NCBI RefSeq assembly: GCF_001194135.2
Contig: NC_069001.1
Span: forward strand, 19,723,724-19,756,267
Origin: Octopus bimaculoides
Lineage: Eukaryota
Length of the DNA stretch: 32,544 nt
Direction of reading: 5' to 3'
The position numbers and the translations under genes are program-made. This document shows positions 1 through 11,259 of this stretch, piece by piece; the stretch's first letter is position 1, and each line of letters opens with the position of its first letter. A model generated the notes under the pieces. It ran no database searches. It saw only the letters and a program-made list of their open reading frames with translations, and had not been told where the DNA came from.

Positions 1-1143
1 GCGTAGCTGCTAGAATAAGAATAGCCTGGGCAAGGTTCAGAGAGCTCTTACCTCTGCTGGCGACAAAGGGACTCTCACTCAGAATAAAAGGCAGACTGTA
101 TGACGCATGTGTACGAACAGCCATGCTCCATGGCAGTGAACCATGGGCTGTGACAGCTGAGGAAATGCGTAAGCTCGCAAGGAATGAAGCTAGTATGCTC
201 TGATGGACGAGTAATGTCAGTGTGCATACCCGCCAAAGTGTAAGTATCTTGAGAGAAAAGCTGAACATAAGAAGCATCAGCTGTGGTGTGCAAGAGAGAC
301 GATTGCGCTGGTATGGACATGTGGCGAGAATGGACGAGGATAGCTGCTTGAAAAAGTGCCAAACCCTAACAGTTGAGGGAACCCGTGGAAGAGGTAGGCC
401 CAAGAAGACCTGGGCTGAGGTGGTGAAGCAAGACCTTCGAACATTGGGCCTCACCAACGCGATGACTTCTGACCGAGACCTTTGGAAATATGCTGTGCGT
501 GAGAAGACTCGGCAAGCCAAGTGAGACCTNNNNNNNNNNNNNNNNNNNNNNNNNNNNNNNNNNNNNNNNNNNNNNNNNNNNNNNNNNNNNNNNNNNNNNN
601 NNNNNNNNNNNNNNNNNNNNNNNNNNNNNNNNNNNNNNNNNNNNNNNNNNNNNNNNNNNNNNNNNNNNNNNNNNNNNNNNNNNNNNNNNNNNNNNNNNNN
701 NNNNNNNNNNNNNNNNNNNNNNNNNNNNNNNNNNNNNNNNNNNNNNNNNNNNNNNNNNNNNNNNNNNNNNNNNNNNNNNNNNNNNNNNNNNNNNNNNNNN
801 TCGGGATGAAACCTGTGCCCAGCGTCGCCTTTCTGGCACTTGTGCCTGTGACATGTGTAAGGATTTTCGAGCGAGATCGTTGCCAGTGCCCCTGGACTGG
901 CTCTTGTGCGGGTGGCACATAAAATACACCATTTTGAGCGTGGCCGTTGCCATTACTGCCTGACTGGCCTTCGTGCAGGTGACACTCTCTGAGTGGTTGG
1001 CGTTAGGAAGGGCATCCAGCTGTAGAAACTCTGCCAAATCAGATTGGAGCCTGGTGTAGCCATCTGGTTTTACCAGTCCTCAGTCAAATAGTCCAACCCA
1101 TGCTAGCATGGAAATCGGACATTAAACGATGATGATGATGATG
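1..1143 (+). mobile_element. RTE-clade LINE, 3' portion (ORF C-terminus, 3' UTR, (GAT)n tail); cut by the window edge and an N gap
   Basis: Translation ...GRLYDACVRTAMLHGSE...RRLRWYGHVARMDEDS...RGRGRPKKTW ends at 524, typical of the RTE post-RT C-terminus. The 3' UTR (ggcgttaggaagggcatccagc...gctagcatggaa) and the (GAT)n tail at ~1128-1143 recur in other copies in this window. Confidence 0.9.
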
Positions 1144-1345
1144 AGCTTGTTTTTATGAGCTAACCATTGAAAATGTCCCCCCTCGAAAATATAATTTTAT
1201 CTCATGTAATATCGTTAAGATAATTACTCATTTTTTCTCGTTTCTCAGTCTGTTAATCTCATTCTTATTTCCATTATTTTCATCCCTCTGTCCACAAACT
1301 AAACTTGCTTGTTCACAGGGTGTGCCCGCCCTATCCTGCCCCCAA

Positions 1346-1980
1346 CACCAATACCGGATATCTCTATCTTCCCCCACCACCAATACTGGATATCTCTATC
1401 TTTCCACCATCTACACCGGATATCCCTTCTCCCACCACCATTACCTGTGTCTATTCTCCCAATCCCTCCTCCTCACTGGGCTGTTCTTTATATTTTACCT
1501 GCACTTCTCTCTTTTCTAGGGAAAATGCAACCTGCCCAACTGTTCATCCACCCACCCACTTAACCAGCTATCTTACGCAGTCTAGAAATTTGTCACCACC
1601 ACTACCAGATATCTCTTCTCCCAATTCCCACTCCTCACTGGTGTTGTTCCCTATATTACCTGCACTCTCTCTTTCCCTATCTCTCTCCTTCTACTGGGAC
1701 AAACACAACCAGGTTATCTGCCCACCTACTTAACTGGCTATCTTTCGTTTCATTTTCATTCTGTCTAGAAACATGCCAACAACTACCCAGGAATTTTCCT
1801 TAGTCTTATCAAATGGAGAAAGCCATTCAGCTGTCCATGTATGCTTGTTCGTGTGTGGGGGTACCCTTGTGTGTATGTAGAAATGAGCTTGTTTCATCTC
1901 TCTCTGTCTGAACCCTTCCCTGCTGGTGGTATCCTCCATCATACCTGCAATCTCCCTCTTCCTGGACAAGCACAACCAGT
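1346..1980 (+). repeat. Degenerate pyrimidine-rich tandem repeat, possibly the 5' UTR of the downstream RTE
   Basis: caccaatacYggatatctctatctt at 1346-1370 and 1378-1402. Longer modules (ctcctcactgg...tacctgcact...cccaccYacttaacYRgctatctt) recur at ~165 bp spacing, ~1470-1575 and ~1631-1745. Confidence 0.55.
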
Positions 1981-2169
1981 TTTTAGCTGACTTTCTCCTA
2001 ACCTAACATTGGAATATCTATATTTTTGTTACACTGCTTAAATCTACATAATTTGATGTCCATAATGCTTATGCTTACAACGCTGCTAACACCGGCTCCT
2101 ACCACCAGTAGGGGCAACAATTTTAACATGCTTGAATGTTGTCAGGTCAGAAGAGAGAACAAATGAAGC

Positions 2170-5100
2170 ATGCCTAAAAAACAAACACCACAACCTCTCT
2201 CTTCTTTTCAGGCACTGAATAACATATCTCCTCCCCAAACTTCACCCCGCATTCCCTTCCCAGTTTTCAGAGTTAGCACTGTCAATGTTGGCACACTGAA
2301 AGGTAGGTCTAGTGAAATTGTAGAGATGCTTGAAAGGAAACAGGTTGATGTATGCTGCATACAAGAGGTAAGATGGAGAGGAGCTTCAGCTAGGGTCCTC
2401 ACAGGCAAAGCACATAGGTATAAAGTCTTCTGGCAAGATAACATGGATGGTGTAGGGGTGTAGGCATACTCCTTGCAGAGAAATGGGTGGATAAAGTCAG
2501 GGAGGTTGATAGGGTATGTGATAGAGCTTAAGTTCAGGCTAGTCCTGCAGAACAGCACAGCTACAATTATCTCCGCCTATGTCCCACATGCGGGGTTACC
2601 AAATGATCAGAAGGACCACTTTTATGATACCCTTCTACAGGCTACCTCAAAGATGAGTGGCAATGACCTCATCTTTGTGGCTGGAGATTTTAATGGGCAT
2701 GTTGGGCAGGAATCTGGTATCTTCACTGGGGTACACGGGTGCCATGGTATTGGCACCCGGAACAATGAGGGAACTAGGCTACTGGAGTTCTGTGATACAT
2801 GTAACCTTTTAATCTGCAACACTAACTTCAGGAAGCCAGACAAGCACCTGATAACCTATCAATCAGGGGACTCTGCTAGCCAGATTGATTTCATCCTCAC
2901 CAGACAGCAGGACGCAGTGTTGCTCTTAAATACAAAGACCCTTCTGGGTGAGGAATGTACCCCCCCAGCATAGGCTCGTCATTAGTGATTTTAGGCTTGA
3001 GGCCAGAAGGATACCAAGAAGTAGACCAATCCAAAAAAGAAGGATTTGGAAGGTAAAGAACCCTTCACATGGTCAGAGATTTAGGGACATCCTCATCAAG
3101 AAATTTGATGAGAGGGAGGAGGAGCTACAGACTTCTGACATAGAAGGTAGCTGGAAATTCCTACGGGACAGCTTGCTGAGTGCCACAACAGACCAAGTCT
3201 GTGGATGGTGCAAAGTCCCTTCCAGACCCAGAGTTACATGGTGGTGGAATAGTATGGTAGACAAAGCCATTAGAGCAAAGAAACAGGCCTGGAAAGCCTA
3301 GAAGGGTGGGGGTAGCAGGAAACTGTACCATGTAGCCAAAAGGGAGGCTGGGCGGCAGGTATACATAGCCAAGGGTGAAGTGGAAAAGTAGTAGTTTGCC
3401 AATGTCCAGCGACATGAGGACCAAAGAACTGAGGTATTTTGGATTGCAAGACAGTGTGTGAGAGAAAATTGTGATGTCACAGGAGAGAAATGTGTCCGCA
3501 TGGATGATGGTGTACTTGCTTTTAGTGATACTGAAAAGAAAGAGGCTTGGAGAATCCATTATGAAAACTCCTGAATGTGGAGAATGAATGGGAGGAGGAG
3601 AGCCTGCCAAATATTGACTCAGTAGAGAGACCAGCTATCCGAATAGACAGCTCCCTGGTAGATAAAGCAATGAAGGGTATGAAGCTAGGAAAAGCTCCCC
3701 ACCCATCAGGAATCACTACTGAGATGCTTAAAGCATCCGGTGGTGTGGGCTATGGCCTAGTCACCCGCATTGTAAACCAGGTAGTTCATGATGGAGTCAT
3801 ACCATAGTCAACTGCTACAAGGGTAAAGGTGATGCTCTAGATAGAAATAACTACAGGGCTATCAAACTGCTGGATCAAGTGATGAAGGTCATAGAGAGGG
3901 TCATAGCCCATCTCACTAGGGAGAGAGTCTGCTTAGATGAGGTGCAGTTTGGTTTTGTGCCAGGTAGAAGCACCACTGATGCCATATTCCTGGTTCGATA
4001 ACTGCAGGAGAAATACCTAGATAAAGATAAACCCCTATACTTAGCTTTTGTGGTCAGGGTCCTCCAATCCCTTATCTGGTGGGCGATGTGGAAACTGGAG
4101 ATTGACAAATGGTTAATAAGGGCTGTACAGGCCCTATCCAGAGAGGTCATTAGTAAGGTTAGGAAAGTATAGTGAAGAATTCCGGGTAGAAGTAGGGGTC
4201 CACCAAGGTTTAGCCCTCAGTCCCCTTTTATTCATTATAGTCCTCCATGCAGTAACAGAGGATTTCAAGATGGGTTGCCCTGCGAGCTCCTCTATGCTGA
4301 TGACCTAGCCCTAATAACAGAAACACTACTGGAACTAGAAAAGAAATTTCGGGTGTGGAAGCAAGGTTTAGAATCGAAAGGCCTTTGAGTCAATGTAGCA
4401 AAGACCAAAGTTCTAGTAAGTAGGAAGGCGAACTCATCACACACCCCATCAGGTAGGTGGCCCTGCTCGATGTGTAGAAAAGGAGTAGGTATAAACTCCA
4501 TAAGATGTACCAGTGTAAGCTATGGACGCATAAGAGTGCAGCAACATCAAAGGAAGATTAACTGAGAAGTTAGTGTTCGTGTACAGCAGATGCACAGGGG
4601 CAATAGACACCACAGATGCTCAGAAAACAGATTCCATCACACGCCAGGGGGAGAAACTAGAAGTAGTTGATAGCTTCCGCTACCTAGGTAACCAAGTCCG
4701 TAGTAGGCGTGAATGTTCAGAGAGTGTTACCACTAGAATAAGAATAGCTTGGGAAAAGTTCAGAAAGCTTCTACTACTGGTGACAAAGGGTCTCTTGCTC
4801 AGAGTGAAAGGTAGATTGTACGATGCATGTGTGCAAACTGCCATGCTTCATGGCAGTGAAACATGGGCCATGACTGCAGAGGACATGCGTAGGCTTGAAA
4901 GAAATGAAGCTAGCATGATCCACTGGATGTGTAATGTCAGTGTGCACACACGACAGAGTGTAAGCGCCCTGAGAGAAATGTTGGACATAAGTAGCATCGG
5001 ATGTGACATGCAAGAGAGATGTTTGTGCTGGTATGGTCATGTACTGCGGATGGATGGGGAGAGATGTGTGAAGAAGTGTCACTCCCAAACAGTTGAAGGA

Positions 5101-5707
5101 ATCTGGGGTAGAGGGAGACCCAGGAAGACATAGGATGAGGTGGTCAAGCATGACCTTCAAACATTGGGCCTCACAGAGGCAATGATGAAAGACCGAGACC
5201 TCTGGAGATATACTGTGATTGCGAAGACCTGACAAATAAAGTGAGTTCACGGTGTACCCTGCACCAGCTTCACATAACCAGCCCCAGCCCATTCAAGTAC
5301 CTAGGATCGTAGGGCGACCCACTGTGCTTGAGACCTTGAGTCAAGTACATCAGCATCAAAATAAAAATCAAATGGAAATTGTAGTTGTGATACTTGTGCT
5401 GGTGGCACGTAAAAAGCTCAATCCGAACGTGGCTGGTGCCAGCGCAGCCTTGACTGGCTTCTGTGCCGGTGGCACGTAAAAAGCACCAACCAGTTGTGGC
5501 CATTGTCAGCCACCTCTGGCCCCTGTGCCAATGGCACGTAAATAGTACCCACTACACTCACGGAGTAGTTCTCATTAGGAAGGGCATCCAGCAACACTGC
5601 CAGATCAGACTGGAGCCTGGTGCAGCCTCCTGGCTTCCCAGATCCCAGTCGAATCGTCCAACCCATGCTAGCATGGAAAACGGACGTTAAACAATGATGA
5701 TGATGAT
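2170..5707 (+). mobile_element. Near full-length decayed RTE-clade LINE (APE endonuclease + reverse transcriptase, many stops and frameshifts)
   Basis: APE motifs VSTVNVGTLKG, DVCCIQEVRW, FVAGDFNGHVG, SQIDFIL (2270-2910). RT region GKAPHPSGIT, YRGIKLLDQV, GVHQG and LYADDL-like codons (3690-4320). C-terminus GRGRPRKT ends at 5133. 3' UTR has repeated ggtggcacgtaaaaag modules and a (GAT)n tail at ~5694-5707. Confidence 0.92.
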
Positions 5708-5861
5708 ATACATGCATACATACACATATATATATATATATATACACAAACATACATATACATAGATATGTATACACACACACACATATATGTATGTAGG
5801 TATATATCTATCTCTCTCTCTATATATATATATATATATCTATATCTATCTATATATATAT
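5708..5861. repeat. Compound (TA)n/(CA)n/(TCTA)n microsatellite
   Basis: Directly visible simple repeats. Confidence 0.9.
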
Positions 5862-6003
5862 TTGGCGTTAGGAAGGGCATCCAGCTGTAGAAACTCTGCC
5901 AAATCAGATTGGAGCCTGGTGTAGCCATCTGGTTTCACCAGTCCTCAGTCAAATCGTCCAACCCATGCTAGCATGGAAAGCGGACGTTAAACGATGATGA
6001 TGA

Positions 6004-6007
<4 letters not shown>
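5862..6007 (+). mobile_element. Severely 5'-truncated RTE copy (terminal ~145 bp only) embedded in (TA)n
   Basis: Near-identical to 998-1143; (GAT)n tail followed by (TA)n. Confidence 0.88.
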
Positions 6008-6034
<27 letters not shown>

Positions 6035-6036
<2 letters not shown>

Positions 6037-6094
6037 TAACAGTAGAGGTATATGTGTCAATCCTTGGTTTGACACCTGTACCTCTACTGTTACT
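6035..6094. other. 60-nt stem-loop (26-bp arms, 8-nt loop)
   Basis: agtaacagtagaggtatatgtgtcaa (6035-6060) pairs with ttgacacctgtacctctactgttact (6069-6094); one G-U pair and one mismatch on the + transcript. Confidence 0.85.
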
Positions 6095-6637
6095 CATTTA
6101 TATTTTACTCACCTGTGTCGGAATCTGCTTTTCGTAAATATTATGGACTGTATATTTAATATAATGTACATGTCTGAATATGGTATTGTAAATCATTGTG
6201 GTTTAGAAAAAGTTAAGATTACAACGATAACCTTTAAATTGTATCCTACCATGATAGTTATTTAAAACTAATTGGCAAAGAGATATCCAATTTGAAAATA
6301 GCATGATGCACTACTTCCTATTATAGTGTAATGGAAATATATAGTCAGTACAAGGTGTTGATGTGGCTGCATGTGTGTTATTACAATAGTTCATAAAGAG
6401 ATGAAGAATAAATTCAAGAACTATATATTTACTACATAAAAAAATATTTTATTTACTGGTCGATGATGATACATAATCAAAATGTAGAATCTAGTTGAAT
6501 GAAGTAATCTATGCAAGAATGTTCAGAGATAGAAAATGTAGAAATAACAGTGAAGTGGTGGTTTTTAGTCATGTGGCATAGAGAAATAGACGGATGTAGC
6601 AATGATATGAATGACTCTAAGTCTAATCGACTAAGAG

Positions 6638-7546
6638 CAGGGTTAGCAAGCTGTTTTTATTAATGGAACGCTAGACATTCTAGAAACTTCCAAGAGAAAC
6701 GCTAAATTTCTTGAATAATTAATAATCACGTCTCATGACACAGATGCTTCGAGAAAGTTAAAAAGAAGGTTACTTTTTTGCAAGGAAGATCATTCAACTA
6801 TTTAGCTACGTAGACCATTATACCCCAACCCCCAAGCAGAGGTAACATTATAAAATAATGAAAATAACAATGTTTCTCGATGGTTCTGTACCTTACTTTT
6901 AAACTCGGTGCTGATTGCTGTTCTTTATCGCCACCTGTTGGAATCATTTGCCAATCGTCATACAGCATCGTACACATTTCACAACATTTTTGAACTTGAT
7001 GAACGCTTGACCATTGACATTTTGAATAAACAGCATTTCTTCCTTCACGATACAAGTGGATTTTTTTTTCTCCATCAACCATGCCACTTAAATTAATTTC
7101 AACCTGATACAATATTTCAACCAGTTTACATATGGAAGATCGGTACTACTAAAGCAGCGCGGACCTGAACGCGCAGTCGCGCGTCCGCGCTAGCTAGTCT
7201 TGAGTGGTCGATCCTAACCCTAACCCTATCCCTAACCCGCGTGTGCAAATGAATACGTGGTTAGGGTTAGGATCGACCACTCACGACTAGCTAGCGCAGA
7301 CGCGCGACTGCGCGTTCGGGTCCGCGCTGCTTTAGTAGTACCTGGAAGATCAGGGTTAGTAAGCTGTTTCTATTAATGGAACGCTAGTCATTCTAGGAAC
7401 TTCCAAGAGAAATGCTAAGCTTCTTGAATAATTAAGAATCACGTCTCATGACACACATGCTTCAAGAAATTTAAAGAAGGGAGGTTACTCTATAATCTTT
7501 CTTGCAAGGGAGGCCATTCAACTATTTAGCTACGAAGACCACTATA
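6638..7546 (+). repeat. Pair of diverged ~190-bp direct repeats (6638-6820 and 7351-7546)
   Basis: cagggttagYaagctgttt...tattaatggaacgctag...tcacgtctcatgacac...cattcaactatttagctacg...agacca occurs twice. Confidence 0.9.
7142..7342. mobile_element. 201-bp MITE with ~85-bp TIRs, telomere-like core and 9-bp TSD; Merlin-like
   Basis: Termini GGTACTACTAAAGCAGCGCGGACC...GGTCCGCGCTGCTTTAGTAGTACC. TGGAAGATC flanks both sides (7133-7141, 7343-7351). Internal cctaaccctaaccc / ggttagggttagg. Confidence 0.88.
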
Positions 7547-7683
7547 ATAGCAACCATTGAGTTGTGCTTTCTTCCTTCTTTTCTTCCCACCATTCTGAAA
7601 ATAATCAAGAGTGTTGCTTTCCTCCTTTCCGGAAGCTAAGTAAATATGTATTCTAATTAGATATGTTGTATTTTTATTTACAG

Positions 7684-7772
7684 GTTTTGTGCTAGAAGGG
7701 CTGCATCGCTCTGGTGTTACATCTGAAAGTGTTACAACTGAGAAAATGAATGAAGTCTTAAGTCATGTGATT
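7684..7772 (+). CDS. QTRT2: QTRT2 internal coding exon (first seen in window): (G)FVLEGLHRSGVTSESVTTEKMNEVLSHVI
   Basis: tacag acceptor and gtgagt donor; splices in frame to the next exon; resembles the GFLLDG segment preceding LPEDKPRL in recalled vertebrate QTRT2. Confidence 0.85.
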
Positions 7773-8144
7773 GTGAGTCACTCATTTTTGACCCTGTATA
7801 TTACGGGTGGAAAACCCCCTCACTTATGCATGGGATTTCAGCCATATTCAAATTTGAAATCACCTACTGATGATATTTAAAATACATATGAAAAAATAAA
7901 AAAGATTTAAAAGAATAAGAGTAATTTAACAAACGTTTGCACTTGTAATTCAATTCTCATACTGAAATGGTTCCCTACCTTTGCTTCTGTGGCTAGTGAT
8001 TGTTTTATCACCAGTTAGCTCTGATCAAGTAGATCTATGATTAATATGTTCCACAAGTGACTATTCTATCTTTTATATAGGCCAAACATGGTGTGTCTAA
8101 AAGGGTAAAGAAAAATGGTGTATCTAGTACTTCATTATTCAATC

Positions 8145-8460
8145 TTTTATCTATTATTTGTTTCAGTCGTTGGATTGTAACCATGCTGGGAAATTGCCTT
8201 GAAGACTTGAGTTGAACAAATTGATCCCAGTAGTTATTTTATTGTTATCCTGCTACCTTTTCTATCAGTCTCTTTTTGCTAAACTACTAAGTTACAGGGA
8301 CGTAAATAAACTAACATCAAGCTCTGGTGGGGGACAATCATAAAGACACACACACATACACATACTCACTCTCACACACACATATATAATGGATTTCTTT
8401 CCATTTCCATCTACCAAATCCATTCACAAGGTTTTGGTCAGCCCAGGACTATAATGGAAG
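8145..8460 (-). mobile_element. Decayed tRNA-derived SINE (same family as 10444-10850), antisense
   Basis: Reverse complement matches the body and tail of the + copy (gtttcagtc...ccatgctgg; gggggacaa; tttccatctaccaaatccattcacaaggttttggtcagccc). Confidence 0.75.
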
Positions 8461-9815
8461 CAAACTTCTTACCACATTGCCATGCCTGCGCCTATATACA
8501 TGTCAGTGCCCCAGGTGAGGTACGAACTTTCAACCTCCACATTATAATTATAATGCACTAACCAATTGTGCACATATACTTCTTTTCAAGTTGGTAGGTT
8601 GCTATTTGAAGTAGATTTTGCTGCTTTTCTATCAGCTCATGTGACCACATAGCAGTTCCCCACTTTGGTTTAGTTGTGTTGGTACTGGTAGTAAATCTGT
8701 TTGTCAGGAATGTTTTATTTTCTAAACAGTTAATAGAATTTCTAGTATAACTTAGGTAGTGATGTGTATTTTGACTAAGGTCATAAATAGCAGTACTAAT
8801 TATTGAGTTTGATCTCATTACTTTTTTTCTTTAACATGTTAACTGCTATGGCTTGTTACTAGAACTTACTGGTGATGCCATATATTTCACACAGTCATAC
8901 TGATACTGTTTAATTACAAGAAAATGTAATTCTTTTTATATTTTTACACTTTTTCATAATTAAACTTTAATATTTAGCACTTGTGTTATTTAAATGTCCT
9001 TGAAACAATGTCAAAGATGCAGAATAACATATTTTCACAAATTATGAAAATGTACTACCAGTGGTGCATACAGTGGTTGAGTGAAGATTGTGATGAACCA
9101 CTGGTGGTACATGTGGCAGTTAACATATTAATAATTTATTGAGATGTTTTTTTTTGTTTTTTTTTTTAAGAATCATTTTTTAACCATTTCTCTAAGCTTG
9201 GATGGGTGTGGATATGTTCTGAATTTTGTTGCTTAGCCTGTACTGATCTATGATTATAGGCATTCCAACCATGACTATCCCATGACTCTAGATTTTGTAC
9301 ATCCATAAAGATGTCATCTAGTGTGTCTTTTTTTTTTTTAAGATGGTATGGTATTATTTGAGGTGGTTATTTCTAATAAATTGAGTGATCACCCAAAGGG
9401 TCCCACATAGGTTCATTCTAATGTCTGTTTTCCTGGGTTGTCATTTGTTTTATAAATTAGTTAGGGTAGGTAGGACTGTACCCATTACCTTAAGGGCTGT
9501 CCCAGACTGATGATGTGGTTGATTCCATTCTTGAATATCTACAGATCATGTCGTATAAAAAAAAATATGGGATAGGGAGGGATGCAGAGGCTTAGTCCAG
9601 ATGCTTGCAACAAAATTAACTCTCTCAAAGAACCTGACAACCAGGTTGTAATTGGTGCTCATTGATGCCTGCTATTTATTGGGCATGTCCTCAATGTAAC
9701 ATATTGCTGTTCTCTAGCTCTGTTAATTCATAAATTTTTTTTCTTCCTATTGCATTTAAAAAAAATTTTATTGTAAATATTTCAGTGGTGTGTCTTTTTT
9801 TATGTCTTTTGACAG

Positions 9816-9916
9816 AACAATTTACCTGAAGACAAACCTCGCCTAATGCAGTCATTGTGGACACCTGCAAAAGTGTTAGAAGCTGTTGAACAAGGAATTG
9901 ATATATTCGACAGTTC
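9816..9916 (+). CDS. QTRT2: QTRT2 coding exon: NNLPEDKPRLMQSLWTPAKVLEAVEQGIDIFDS(S)
   Basis: gacag acceptor; LPEDKPRL and GIDIFDS are TGT-family motifs; ends in phase 2 before ATATCCCTTT. Confidence 0.93.
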
Positions 9917-10443
9917 ATATCCCTTTTTTAACCTTATAAAGAATAATTCAGTTTCTGTAATCATTCTAATCTTTATTTGTGTATTATATATGATTCTATA
10001 AATAGCTTTTGTCCAGTACCCACTACCCTTTATTTAAAAAAAAAATTATTTAGAAAATATATTGTCTGTAAATTTAATGTGTTGGATTACAAACTGTATA
10101 ATCATAAGTTCATATCTCACTACAGTCTTTATGGTGTTATGCTGTTCTAGATATTTCTGGTTAGCTTTTTAATTTTCCCTGAATTAAATATATACCATAA
10201 TGTGTTAACAGTAATTTTCATAAAGATGGCATCTCTAAATTATTTAATTTCTTAACAATTCTATTTTTTCTACATCAACAATCATACTATCTTATACATA
10301 TACTTAGTGATTCTCTTATTACTTTCCTAAGTACAAAAAGTGAAGTTTGTTTTGCTGATGACTTTGTAATAAGGCAGAATTGTCTCCAGTATTTTCTAAA
10401 AAATGAAAACATTAGTTATTGACTTATGTTTTTTCCTTGCCAT

Positions 10444-10605
10444 AGGCACAAGGGTGGCTGTGCAGTAAGTAGTTTGCTTACCAACCACATGGTTCCAAGT
10501 TCAGTCCCACTGCATGGCACCTTAGGCAAGTGTCTTCTAATATAGCCTCAGGCTGACCAAAGCCTTGTGAGTGGATTTGGTAGACGGAAACTGAAAAAAG
10601 CCCGT

Positions 10606-10654
<49 letters not shown>

Positions 10655-10850
10655 GTGTCTGTGTTTGTCCCCCCACCATTGCTTGACAGCTGATGTTGGT
10701 GTGTTTATGTCCCTGTAACTTAGCCATTTGGCAAAAGAGTCTGATAGAATAAGTACTAGGCTTACAAAGAATAAATCCTGGGGTCAATTTGTTTGACTAA
10801 AGGTGCTGCTCCAGCACAGTCAAATGACTGGAACAAATAAACAAATAAAG
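10444..10850 (+). mobile_element. tRNA-derived SINE with internal (TA)n microsatellite
   Basis: Pol III A-box-like tggctgtgcagtaa and B-box-like ggttccaagttcagtccc; central (TA)n/(TG)n; A-rich tail. Antisense copies at ~8145, ~29100 and ~30734. Confidence 0.85.
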
Positions 10851-11259
10851 TCTATTTATTTCCAGTTAGCTTTTTTTAATGTTCCCTGCATGAAACACAC
10901 TAACTTAACTTCTGTTCCAATGTCCAAAGGCTTTATTGCTACTTCATGGTTGAGTGGTTATCAATAAGAATGACCCATCCAGTACAGCAGAATTGATATC
11001 CTAAAACCACTCAGTTATGCTTGGATGTATGTAGCCCTGTCCCTTCCTCCTCTCTCCCCTGTCTCTAACACATTGAGCACATCCCCCACTCCACTTGTCA
11101 CATTATCTACTCTTATTTTTTTTTCATTTCTGATGGTAATGTGTCATTTGATGAAGATCTGGCTGTTGTTTCTAGCAGGTTAAATAGTCACATAGAGGCT
11201 TCCTCAAAAATTTTTTATGCAGTAAAGAGCACAGAAAGTGTGTGTAGTGTTGCAATCGT

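Noticed and set aside
366-1037. Long ORFs containing X runs (also 14926-15806, 20110-20742, 21120-21494, 24436-24646)
   Set aside because: Artefacts of translating through N gaps (530-800, 15036-15193, 20245-20523, 21277-21383, 24492-24543, 29495-29594). Only the flanking TE-derived parts are meaningful.
5395-5545. Repeated TACGTG (HIF response element core, minus strand) in RTE 3' UTR modules
   Set aside because: A 6-mer intrinsic to a TE tandem module; no evidence of regulatory function from sequence alone.
10444-10520. tRNA gene
   Set aside because: Only A/B-box-like remnants without a cloverleaf, continuous with a SINE body found in several copies.
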